A DNA stretch of 63,080 nucleotides, counting the filler, from Globobulimina sp. (taxonomy: Eukaryota), in the NCBI GenBank assembly GCA_003354225.1. It is 56 parts of 56 records of this genome, joined end to end, with 100 filler letters (N's around TTAATTAATTAA, not from the genome) between each part and the next. Parts side by side here need not be neighbours in the genome. Positions count along the whole stretch, not along the records: positions 1 to 1,029 come from PIVH01025376.1; positions 1,130 to 2,158 come from PIVH01025377.1; positions 2,259 to 3,287 come from PIVH01025378.1; positions 3,388 to 4,416 come from PIVH01025379.1; positions 4,517 to 5,545 come from PIVH01025380.1; positions 5,646 to 6,674 come from PIVH01025381.1; positions 6,775 to 7,803 come from PIVH01025382.1; positions 7,904 to 8,932 come from PIVH01025383.1; 48 more parts are not named here. One strand, given 5' to 3'. A model generated the notes under the pieces. It saw only the letters and a program-made list of their open reading frames with translations, had not been told where the DNA came from and made no database searches. The translations under genes were made by a program, and so were the position numbers. Positions 1 to 10,162 of the stretch are shown in pieces. Numbering within the stretch: the first letter of the stretch is position 1; the number at the start of each line of letters is the position of its first letter.

Positions 1-149
1 CCTGTCGCTCCTGCTCCTGAGTCCTCACTAAAAACGCAGTAACTCGGGAGTACCATGTATCGAATTGCTCACCTTCGATGGTTAGTCTCAGAGTGATATT
101 ACTGTCCAGTGTGTAAATACCAAAGGGGTCAGTTTCCACACCAACCCAT

Positions 150-797
150 TTGAGATCATCACTATTAAACACTAAAATTGGTAACAGAAATGTTTGGTGT
201 ATTGATATTAAAACAGTTACATCGAATGCGATTTTATTGGGTCAATGGCAAGATTTATTATGGAATGTTTGTGCAAGAAACAAAATTGATTATAATTCCA
301 ACCTTGAGCTGGAACCAATTTGTCAAATAATAATACAACAAGCAAACAGAATCAGTATTGACAATATGTTGAAACAACTATCAATGCCAACAAATTCATT
401 GCAAATATCACAAATATCACAAATATCAATGCCCGATGCAAATAATGTTGATTTTAAAACTGATGACGACAATAATATTATTAGTGTTGATAATGATAAC
501 CATGTTTCTGACGATGAAGTGTTGTTTGTTGAACAAATTGATTATAACTTTTTGCATTTTAAAGCCAGCCAATACAATGCACGAAAGAAAGAATTATTTG
601 ATTATGCAGCCAAAGTAATGGATATAATTAATAATGATATTATTGATTTAGGTTTACGTACATTAATAATAAATTATTACCAATATCTAATAGGACTAAA
701 TAATAAGTTTGAATATGATATTGACAGAGCAATGTTAACCAATCTATTATCCCAATTTACTGTACATTTAGCAAATGATAATGAGAAATATTTGATA
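150..797 (+). CDS. AT-rich eukaryote-like hypothetical protein fragment
   Basis: Long N/D/I-rich open frame with no recognisable motif. Confidence 0.4.
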
Positions 798-935
798 TAT
801 CCAAAATATAATGACATCACTATTAGATGTGTCTGCGGAAACGAAGTAAAAACTCGTTCCACTTCAAAAGATAACATCAACATGGAAATTTGCGCCATGT
901 GTCACCCTTTCTATACCGGAAAACAAAAACTCGTT
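798..935 (+). CDS. rpmE: Bacterial ribosomal protein L31 (Zn-binding type) fragment, in frame with the preceding ORF
   Basis: YPKYNDITIRCVCGNEVKTRST..NMEICAMCHPFYTGKQKLV matches the L31 CxCG and CxxCHPFYTGKQ motifs. The sequence diverges right after KQKLV. Confidence 0.85.
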
Positions 936-1029
936 ACCAACACGAATCAATGTGCCAAGAGATGGATTTGTCGGTGGCATACCTACCCCGAGAAATGAAA
1001 GTGTCGCTTCAATCAGGATTGCCATCGCC

Positions 1030-1129
1030 NNNNNNNNNNNNNNNNNNNNNNNNNNNNNNNNNNNNNNNNNNNNTTAATTAATTAANNNNNNNNNNNNNNN
1101 NNNNNNNNNNNNNNNNNNNNNNNNNNNNN
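1030..1129. other. Artificial contig linker (first of 55), N44-TTAATTAATTAA-N44
   Basis: An identical 100-bp spacer with stops in all frames recurs every 1127-1129 bp, and contig lengths fall monotonically. Confidence 0.99.
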
Positions 1130-2071
1130 ATACTTAGCATTAGAAGACATTTGAAACACAGATTGAAATTTGGCAGTTTATATTTCTCAATGTATTCCAG
1201 TTGAACTCCATTGTGGATGGCAGGCAAATGTCTCGGTGTTAACAATGAAACAGTTACATTTGTAAACTGTTTGGAGCACAATACATTTGGTACTAAATGG
1301 TTGGGAATATCACATTTAATGATAACATTATAACTAGAAAATGTCGGAGATTTTCGGATTTTATGAGAAATTACAGTGGATCCATCGTTATATGCACAAA
1401 TTATAAATGGTTGATCAGATAAAGAATGTCGAAACATACCTTCATAAATTGCTATGTTTCGAGCAACAAAGGAATCAGATCTATGAGCGGGATTTATAGC
1501 AAATATCCAAATCGTTTTGTTGTTTGTTTGCAACACAATATCATGAATTTGTAGATATGGAATAGTTTGCAATGGCTCGCCACGTTTCAGTCTTGTACGA
1601 TATGTAAATGTTTGATTGAAATGCTGTGATCCGCAGTATCCATTCCATGCGATCTGTGCTATACATTTGTGAATTAAACCGCTTATTTAAATGTAGATAA
1701 ATATATTGTTTTATAATTTAACATTTAAAAGATGGTTTCCATGATATAATATGAGATATATCCTTTTTATATTCAACTGAGATTCGCCATGAAATGCTTG
1801 GTACTTTGCGTGCAAATATCAGAGATGAAATTGCAGTGAAATTAAAATACCACTCATTCCATTTGGTGTGGTTCTTGTACTTATTAATAGCAAATGGATT
1901 TATCCATATTTTGGATTTATAATTCGAGGCAAATGTTTGCATTTCAAATTTGTCAGATTCAATGAGTATGTCCCAAATAAAATTGGGAACAATGATCCAA
2001 CAAATCAAAATCCATAGACTGACTAACAAGAGAAATAATTTTACGCCAAATCGCTGACGGATATGTGCCAT
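1130..2071 (-). CDS. Type II membrane/secretory protein, probably spliced, 3' partial
   Basis: N-terminal hydrophobic anchor. Two minus-strand ORFs are separated by a short AT-rich stretch with a GT donor at 1722; the acceptor is uncertain. Confidence 0.45.
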
Positions 2072-2261
2072 TCAAATTATCTTTTTAGTTAGCTTGTAAG
2101 ATGACTGTAGCTCACTGCAAGCCGGAAACTTCAATATCTAAGATCTCACGAGTAACGANNNNNNNNNNNNNNNNNNNNNNNNNNNNNNNNNNNNNNNNNN
2201 NNTTAATTAATTAANNNNNNNNNNNNNNNNNNNNNNNNNNNNNNNNNNNNNNNNNNNNTTA

Positions 2262-3287
2262 TTGGTTGGTGATGGTACGGAAATAGCAAATGATCATACA
2301 ACATTTGGTAATACCATTAATGTCGAATTGGGCGAGTTATTATATAAACAAATTGAATCTTTGAAAAATTTTCGAAAAATGCAAAAAAAGGCTGAAATTA
2401 ATGAAAACAATGATTATGACGAAAATGATATTGTTATGGTGCATATGCGTCGCGATCAATATGGCTTTAATACAAAAAACGTAGCTTGGCAGAATAAAGC
2501 TGTTGAAAATTGGTCAAATGAAGACGTAAAAGAGTGGATAAAATCGTTAGATTTAAGAAAAAAGAATGAAGAGTTAATTATTAACAGTATTGTTTGTACG
2601 GGTTGTACTGGCGCGGATTTTAAAGAATGTTCAAATGGAAAAGATATTGCAGCATAGTTTGAGTATGTTTTTAAAAAATCAAAACGTTTTTTAAAATCTT
2701 TATATAAACAGTTACAAACTGTAATTAAACATAATGCAGAAAACGAGGCAGAAAACGATAACAATGATAAAAGCGACGATGATAATATAATGGATACAGC
2801 GGCAACTCGTACATGGGAATATAAAAATATTTCAGATTGGAGTTGTCCTGAATTACAAGATTGGATATTAAGTTTACTCCATTTAGTTATTGATGTACAG
2901 TTTAAGCTATGTACAGAAATTCATAATGCTGAAATGAGTGGAATGGATTTGAATGGCTGTAGAACAGCGGGTGATATTACAGATTCATTTGAAAATATTG
3001 ATAAAAACATTGGTGAGAAAATATATAAATCGTTGGAAAAATTGCGAAAAACAAGTTCAATGTTTACAGCATCGACATCCAATAAAACTAAACCACAAAC
3101 ACAACCAATCACAAATGTTAGTGATGATCCATTAAATCAACAACAATATGATGCAAAACAAAACGACATTGGATATGTTGAAAACCCACAAAAGCCGATT
3201 GCAATGTTTGAAGTGGGACAAAGAGGGGAAGCTTCGGATTGGAATCGTGGCCGATTGGATTGGTACGCTGCAATCATTAAAGACGTG
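2262..3287 (+). pseudogene. Tandem SAM-like domain protein with one in-frame TAG (2655-2657)
   Basis: Two repeats, VENWSNEDVKEWIKSL..CTGADF and ISDWSCPELQDWILSL..MSGMDL. ORFs 2262 and 2790 share a frame, which is open apart from the TAG. Confidence 0.7.
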
Positions 3288-3387
3288 NNNNNNNNNNNNN
3301 NNNNNNNNNNNNNNNNNNNNNNNNNNNNNNNTTAATTAATTAANNNNNNNNNNNNNNNNNNNNNNNNNNNNNNNNNNNNNNNNNNNN

Positions 3388-4341
3388 ATTTTAGAAGGAC
3401 AGGTTCGTGCAACACCAGCATTTAATAAATGGTTGAGTCAGATACGTAACACCAAGGTTGAATATCCAATTACTACTCAATGGTTGCAACAATTAACTGA
3501 ATTAAATACTGAAGATTTTAAAAATAATAATGTAACCTGGAATGAAACACCGGTTGTTGTGACAGGCAACGCTGAACGTTACAACGTTATTGCTGAAAAA
3601 ATAAAAATATTTGGAAGAAAACAAAAACAACCAATATTACGCTGGTATTGCCCACTTAGAGTCGGTTATAATGAATATAAAAAACCTGATTTTGAGCCTG
3701 AAAATATATATGATGAATTAGTTAAATATTTTGTTCGCGGTGCAAAATGTGTGTTTTGTTCGATTGACTTAGATTTAATCATATCCAACGACCCAAAAGC
3801 TACCAAACCACAGCTCGTAATGAGTTTGAAAACTGCACATACAGGAGGAAAAGAATTATTAAACGCAAATGATGGATATTTACTTAAAGTTCATCGTATG
3901 AAATTAATAAAAGAATTGCAAAAGTTTAACATTAATAATTTAAAACTGGTACAATTACGATATTATTCAAAGCGGTTAAACATACAAACTATCAATACAA
4001 CTACATCTCAAATTATACAAAAATTGCAAAAAATAATTGATGAATCGATATCAAGAAATATTAATTATAACAATGATGTTGATATAAAACAAGAAGATGA
4101 TATTGCTATGACTGATATAAAATAATTTGATGATGATGAGGATTTTGATATGTTGTTCCATATAAAAGAGGATAGTGATGATGATGATGAGGATATAAAA
4201 CAAATTTATTCTGCAACAAAAACTATTCCAACAACTAATGAAGATATATATGATCAAAATATTGGTATGTTACGCAATTGTCCTTGTGCGTGTCATAATA
4301 AAGGCGAAACTGATGACGATGAAATTTGTTCGCAATGTTGA
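3388..4341 (+). pseudogene. PIF1-like helicase fragment followed by an acidic region, with an in-frame TAA at 4123-4125
   Basis: LEGQVRA..FNKWLSQIRN, VVVTGNAER and YFVRGAK resemble PIF1/Helitron helicase motifs. The similarity stops near 3750, a possible chimera point. Confidence 0.5.
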
Positions 4342-4516
4342 CATAATTAGTGATAAAATTTGCTGTTAACTATTCACTGTTTTAATTTATATTTTAATTG
4401 TTTTAATTCATTGTTTNNNNNNNNNNNNNNNNNNNNNNNNNNNNNNNNNNNNNNNNNNNNTTAATTAATTAANNNNNNNNNNNNNNNNNNNNNNNNNNNN
4501 NNNNNNNNNNNNNNNN

Positions 4517-4741
4517 GCATTGATACGAAAAGCTGGTAAAAAATGGCACTCTACACTGGTTGCAAGAAATAGGGTGAGTGATTTTACCGGTGGTGCCTAC
4601 ACTACTGGCACGATGGCAAATTACGATAACTTGGGTAAGGGTCCCGATGGTGCATTCAGAATAGGGCGTGGTGTGGTCTACCCAGTGGACTCATTATGTG
4701 AATGGTTGATAGATAGAGCAGAAGAAATAAAGGGTGGTTGA
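4517..4741 (+). CDS. Small phage/ICE-type DNA-binding protein (AlpA/excisionase-like), bacterial, 5' partial
   Basis: W.S.LVAR..V..FTGG....GTMANYD..G.GP.G.FRIGR.V.YPV.SL.EWL is a pattern I recognise from deltaproteobacterial prophage proteins. Confidence 0.65.
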   Translation, partial: ALIRKAGKKWHSTLVARNRVSDFTGGAYTTGTMANYDNLGKGPDGAFRIGRGVVYPVDSLCEWLIDRAEEIKGG

Positions 4742-4782
4742 ACTATGAATTATGAGCGAGGAACAGCAAGTCTAGTTGTGGG

Positions 4783-4913
4783 TTATAGCGTTAAGCTCAC
4801 TTGACACTGGCACAGAAGAACTTGGCAAGTAAGAAGAAATATCTGCAAACAATTAATTTGGCAGAAGCAACAGCCGAGCCGTGCCAGAGGTCAAGTGGAG
4901 TGTCTGGTTGGGT
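4783..4913 (-). mobile_element. Integron attC site (131 bp) with R' = GCTATAA
   Basis: Minus strand: R'' ACCCAAC, spacer CAGAC, L'' ACTCCACT ... L' AGTGAGC, spacer TTAAC, R' GCTATAA. It is an imperfect inverted repeat starting 14 bp after the cassette ORF stop. Confidence 0.85.
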
Positions 4914-4927
4914 TGTTTTATAGCACA

Positions 4928-5482
4928 TTATTGATTTATGCCAGGATGCCTGATTCTTCTAGTTTTATTAGTTTTAGTATTAATTTGTATAGAATTAATG
5001 GCTTTTTCAGTCAAAAAGAAATCTGTGTCTATTGTTGGACTTTTGCCACCTGTTTGATAGGTGACATACTGAGAACTATGAAGCTTGTTCAGGTGAGCAA
5101 GGATAACTCCAGTCTCTTGCTTAGTTTTGGAACTTATATGCTTTGCGGATGCTGTCTGGTTAAGGCTTCGAAGCCTAAGAATGCTAGCAAATATTAAAAA
5201 ATCAAAATTGTCTTGTGGCGATTCAAAAGTATTTGCGTTGTCATGATCATTTTTATATGCGTAAAGAATTATAGCAATCAATGCAACCAGAAACAGGAAG
5301 ATTGTTGCTGCTGACAGGTACATTCTTATTTCCCATAATTCTTTAGGTGGGATACTTCCTGATGGTACTAACTTCTGTAAATCGAAAGACCAAAGGCCCA
5401 GCCCTACAGTTAATGTCGGCGCTGTTACAAATGATAGTAATTTTTTATTTTTTTGTACGAACTGTATTAGGAATAATTTCAT
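4928..5482 (-). CDS. Integron cassette gene: 2-TM membrane protein with a possible C-terminal winged-helix region
   Basis: Complete ORF bounded by GTTGGGT upstream and its exact complement ACCCAAC downstream. Two hydrophobic segments. Confidence 0.8.
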   Translation of the reverse strand: MKLFLIQFVQKNKKLLSFVTAPTLTVGLGLWSFDLQKLVPSGSIPPKELWEIRMYLSAATIFLFLVALIAIILYAYKNDHDNANTFESPQDNFDFLIFASILRLRSLNQTASAKHISSKTKQETGVILAHLNKLHSSQYVTYQTGGKSPTIDTDFFLTEKAINSIQINTKTNKTRRIRHPGINQ

Positions 5483-5497
5483 TATGATTTCTTAGAA

Positions 5498-5545
5498 ACC
5501 CAACGTTGAGTTGAGTCGCAAATGCCCAAACAGAAGTATCAAACA
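5498..5545 (-). mobile_element. Partial upstream attC (L'-R' half)
   Basis: Minus strand ...GCGACTCAACTCAAC-GTTGGGT, ending 15 bp before the cassette ATG. Confidence 0.75.
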
Positions 5546-6449
5546 NNNNNNNNNNNNNNNNNNNNNNNNNNNNNNNNNNNNNNNNNNNNTTAATTAATTA
5601 ANNNNNNNNNNNNNNNNNNNNNNNNNNNNNNNNNNNNNNNNNNNNATTTGCTGTTTTGTAAATAGCAGTGGGTTTCGAATGCCATACTTCAGGGTTTATT
5701 ATGATATATGAATGATTTCAAGAAACCGGTACCAAACAACTATTTGCCTTTCTGTTGATTTTGTGTTTGAATTCTTTTTTATATATATTTTGCAATAGTT
5801 TGTGATGTCTTCTTTTGTATTGCGGATTATTGGGATGTCGAATTTTTGTGGCTTTATGCTTGCTATTTCAGTTTATTTATTTTGTGCGAATTATTGTACG
5901 TTTTTTTGTGGGTTTGATAAATGTTAAATTTATCTGATTACTAATTATTGCCATTTTTGCTAGCACGACATAGCACAACAAGTGTACATATACGATGAGT
6001 CGATGACTAGCTTACTTCGTTAAAATCAATGTTATCACCTCACAAGCGACAAATTTTTTGTTTTCTTCAAGTTTAGGCATCGTTTTGATATTATGTGATC
6101 TAGAAAAATATACACAATCTGCTGAGATTTCCTAACTTGGATATGAACAGACGTACAATCTGCGAATGCCATATATTTTTTAACATGATATCATATGAAG
6201 TACGCAAAATCGCATATAAACAAAATTAAATGTGTAGAGACAAATGAATTATTTGACAACAAACAAAACAAAATCCTCAAACCAAAACATGAAAAAACAC
6301 AAAGCAGAAAATGTTTGCAACAAAAAAATTAATTAAAAATGATTTAGGAAAGACTATGAACAGAACGATAGTTTTTTTTAATTGAATTTTAATTTGATTT
6401 TATTTGCAATAATTTGTTTAATAATTTTAATATTATTTTTTTATGTTCC

Positions 6450-6674
6450 TCAACTTCCTCTGGTTTCTCTTAATTCTCTGGTTAATTGACATCCGGCGCA
6501 ACAACAAAATACCATAGTGTCACTACAACACGTTCCTTCAATGCCTCTTTTCTCCCTTAATGGGCCCGTAACAATACATGGATGACATATGGACAATAAA
6601 CAAAATAATATACAGCCAACAGCAAACGACCCTAAATCACCATCTCTGTAAATCTCACCTGATGCGCACGCTGG
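6450..6674 (-). CDS. PLAC8 (Cys-rich) family protein, C-terminal part (not in the ORF track)
   Basis: PACASGEIY..GPLREKRGIEGTCCSDTMVFCCCAGCQLTRELRE* fits the PLAC8 pattern R...GI.G....D......C..C.L.QE.RE. Confidence 0.8.
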   Translation of the reverse strand, partial: PACASGEIYRDGDLGSFAVGCILFCLLSICHPCIVTGPLREKRGIEGTCCSDTMVFCCCAGCQLTRELRETRGS

Positions 6675-6774
6675 NNNNNNNNNNNNNNNNNNNNNNNNNN
6701 NNNNNNNNNNNNNNNNNNTTAATTAATTAANNNNNNNNNNNNNNNNNNNNNNNNNNNNNNNNNNNNNNNNNNNN

Positions 6775-7770
6775 TCCTCTCAATTTGCATTGAGAGGATA
6801 GTGAACAACCAACAAATGATGCGGCTGTACCTGCAGCGTTTTTTAGATCTGCTTCTTTTCCAAAAACTAGCATCAAAGGAATCCCCACACAGCATGGAGC
6901 GACCGATAATATCAACAAAATAACCACTTCAACTCGATATCCATCAATATTTGCATCATTAATTAGTAAATAATCATCACATTCATTGTATATATCAGTT
7001 ATATTTGCATCAAATAAAAAAGCAATAGAAAATGATGATGCTACAATGGTTATAATAAGCCATAAAATATAAAACCCACAAAATATAGGAATACTCGATA
7101 TTATATCAGCGCCAATTGTGTTTTTTAGTAATTCATCATAATCAATTTCTTGATCTCTTTCATTTAATGCGCAATTTGAACATAAATCATATCCATCAAT
7201 GTGTAATGATATTTGTTTTTGATCACAACTCCAACAGTTCTCATCTTTACCAATTGATTCAAAACAAATACTGCAATAAATTGCTGATATTGTAGGATCA
7301 TCGTAATGTACATCCTTGGAAAGCTCATATTTTCGTAAAGATTCACCACAAATACACTGTGGCTTATCATCATAATCATCCTCGATGTCTTCAGCATCAC
7401 TTTCTTCTTTTTCTTCTTCGTTTTTAGATGGTGGTAATTGAATTGCCTGACGCAGTATTTTTTGATCTATTTTTGTTAACATTGGTTTTTCACTTTCATT
7501 AGCATTTTGTGCGGAGATCTCTATCATTTCATTATATATATCACCTAAATCATTGTTATTGTCGCTTTCATTCTCATTCTCATTCTGTGTTGGAAGTATT
7601 GTATTATTTAAAGGATCAAATAAACGAAAAGATTTGGATAAATATATTTTGTTTTTAATATGTGAATTATGTAATTTATACAATAATTTACACGTTATAA
7701 TAAATGCAATAATGAACAAAATACCAAATATAAACCATGTTATTTCAAGTTGATGTAAAGTGATGACCAC
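6775..7770 (-). CDS. Membrane protein with a ZZ-like zinc finger
   Basis: CICG..YCSIC..CWSC......HIDGYDLCSNCA lies between hydrophobic segments. Confidence 0.65.
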
Positions 7771-7903
7771 TTGAGATATATTTGAGCAAACGGGAGAAAT
7801 TAANNNNNNNNNNNNNNNNNNNNNNNNNNNNNNNNNNNNNNNNNNNNTTAATTAATTAANNNNNNNNNNNNNNNNNNNNNNNNNNNNNNNNNNNNNNNNN
7901 NNN

Positions 7904-8932
7904 CTTCATTCAACCGATCAAATCCATCCATTGCTATGTCCTTATTATCATATACATCCTCCTCATACTCCATGGCCATATGTTTATTCTTATTTTTTTT
8001 ATTCTTTCTCCCATTTTCCTCTTCTACCAATGCCAAATATGTCGATATTGCATCCAACGAACAGCCATTATATTTATTTAAAAACTCGTCGGCATTCTTA
8101 CACACTGAAATATCATCGTCTTCCTCTTCCTCTTCCTCTTCACACTCATTATAATTATACATAGCTAACTCATCCTGTCTCGACACATATTTTTCAATGC
8201 AATCCATCTTCTCAATGCTCGTAATTCCATTCAATAAATAATGTCTCAATTTGTATATTTTCTCTCTTAATCGCTTCTCTTCCATCAAGCCACAAACTAA
8301 ACCCTTAAACTCTGCAAAGTTGTGATTTCTATCCGGTGTATAACGCGCAAACTTACTTAAATTGTTTGCGATTTCTTGCTCCATTTTCAACTCCGATTCA
8401 TTCATACTCAAACTCCGATGATTCAGTTTATTCCTTCCCCGCCGACCATAAATAACTCCATATTCTTTGATAAATTGCTTTCGCACTTTCCTCTCTTCCA
8501 ATACCTTGTTATACAAACTCAATCCTTCCACTTTCAATGCGCGCTCTTGTTTGCTATCATATTCACTAAAATACATATCACCAATCATAGCTTCCGCGTC
8601 ATTGTTCCATTCCGCCTCAAATTCGTCGCGCAACTCTCGATAACCACATTTTAACTTATGTTTATCCGTAAATTTCACATTCGAGTTTGACTCTTTATTC
8701 TGTGACAATTTATGCACACTCTTTATCGAAATATTATTCTTATTCTTATCGAAATACTTCAAATGGAAATGTGCTTCGACATGTTTGTAATCAAAATGTT
8801 TAATATTATCCGTGTTTATGTTATTTTTGTTAATAATTCTCGTGATTCCCGACCAATTTCCCAAGCCATATCTGCGTATTCCAGACAATAAATTCCATTC
8901 ATCAGACGCCGACCACTTATGATGCGATAATT
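7904..8932 (-). CDS. ADA2: Transcriptional adaptor ADA2 (SAGA), partial
   Basis: SANT region WSASDEWNLLSGIRRYGLGNW, followed by GYRELRDEFEAEWNNDAE and LYNKVLEERKVRKQFIKEYG. Confidence 0.9.
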
Positions 8933-9366
8933 NNNNNNNNNNNNNNNNNNNNNNNNNNNNNNNNNNNNNNNNNNNNTTAATTAATTAANNNNNNNNNNNN
9001 NNNNNNNNNNNNNNNNNNNNNNNNNNNNNNNNTAGCGGTATGCATTTGTTATTTTATTTCTTGTTTGCGTTATAGAAATGTACTGCCTTATAAGGATATG
9101 TTTTTAACCACACTTTTACTTATGGTTTCAGAAAGCGTTTTTAAGTTTGCTGAGGGAGGCACTTCAAAAACATTAGTAACAATGATGACTAGCTCACTTC
9201 AGGAAAACTTGTAATATCTAAAAAAGAGAGAGATGAGAGTTTATGCATGGATAACTATACATCCATATGTATCCGCGAGATTTATATATATAAAATACAT
9301 ATCGGAACATTTAAAATACATATCTATAAAGAGCATCCGGTTTTCAGCGTCAGATTTTTATTGGGG

Positions 9367-9386
9367 TACAGTAGTGTTCCCGATAA
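9367..9386 (+). mobile_element. Putative Tc1/mariner/pogo-type terminal inverted repeat, TA-CAGTAGTGTTCCCGATAA
   Basis: The identical 20-mer occurs at 13331-13350 in an unrelated contig. A TA + CAGT start is typical of this superfamily. Confidence 0.65.
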
Positions 9387-9437
9387 ATAATATATATGAT
9401 TACAGCTAATATATTTAATAAATGGTGGACCTGTCAA

Positions 9438-9547
9438 GTAAACCTCGACCAACATTGTCACCAAGCCCCGTCATAAATAAATCTCGACCACCATGTCACC
9501 AGCGGTCGCCCGGGATAAACCTCAACCAACATTGTCACCAAGTCACC
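9438..9547 (+). repeat. Three ~28-bp imperfect direct repeats
   Basis: TAAACCTCGACCAACATTGTCACCAAG-like unit near 9439, 9478 and 9516. Confidence 0.7.
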
Positions 9548-9832
9548 TTTAGAAATAAATATATGAGTACCCGCCACCCGCCACCAATATATGAGCATAT
9601 ATTTTATATTTTTTATTTTTTTTTTTGTAAAAAAACGTAATATGGGCAATGCAGTTGCTGTGAAAACTGTCGCGGCGTCATAGGAATGAAATATTTCAAA
9701 GGAGGATAGCCCTATGATAAAATCGATCTCTTAGTTTAGGCGATAGCCCTATAGCTATTCTGTCCAGACAAAAAAATCATATATTAAATACTTTGCAGGT
9801 AGTAATAAAGTAACTCCGTACAACTAGTCAGG

Positions 9833-10061
9833 ATATGCCTGGAGAAAGCAGATGGACCACCACTATCATACTAAGCGCCATACTAAGCACCATGACAGGT
9901 GCACCATATGATTAAACTAATATATATAAGTCTAGGTCAGTTAGAAAGTAGGTAGCATAAGTAGGAGTTCGGCACGGGATCGTATATTAAAAAAGTTACT
10001 CAACTAGAAAACTGTCTACAGCTAATGTACCGGGTGACCCGTCTGCTTTCTCCAGACATGT
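9833..10061. mobile_element. MITE-like segment bounded by 29-bp inverted repeats
   Basis: 9833-9861 vs the reverse complement of 10033-10061: 24/29 identical, all mismatches transitions. Confidence 0.6.
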
Positions 10062-10162
10062 NNNNNNNNNNNNNNNNNNNNNNNNNNNNNNNNNNNNNNN
10101 NNNNNTTAATTAATTAANNNNNNNNNNNNNNNNNNNNNNNNNNNNNNNNNNNNNNNNNNNNT

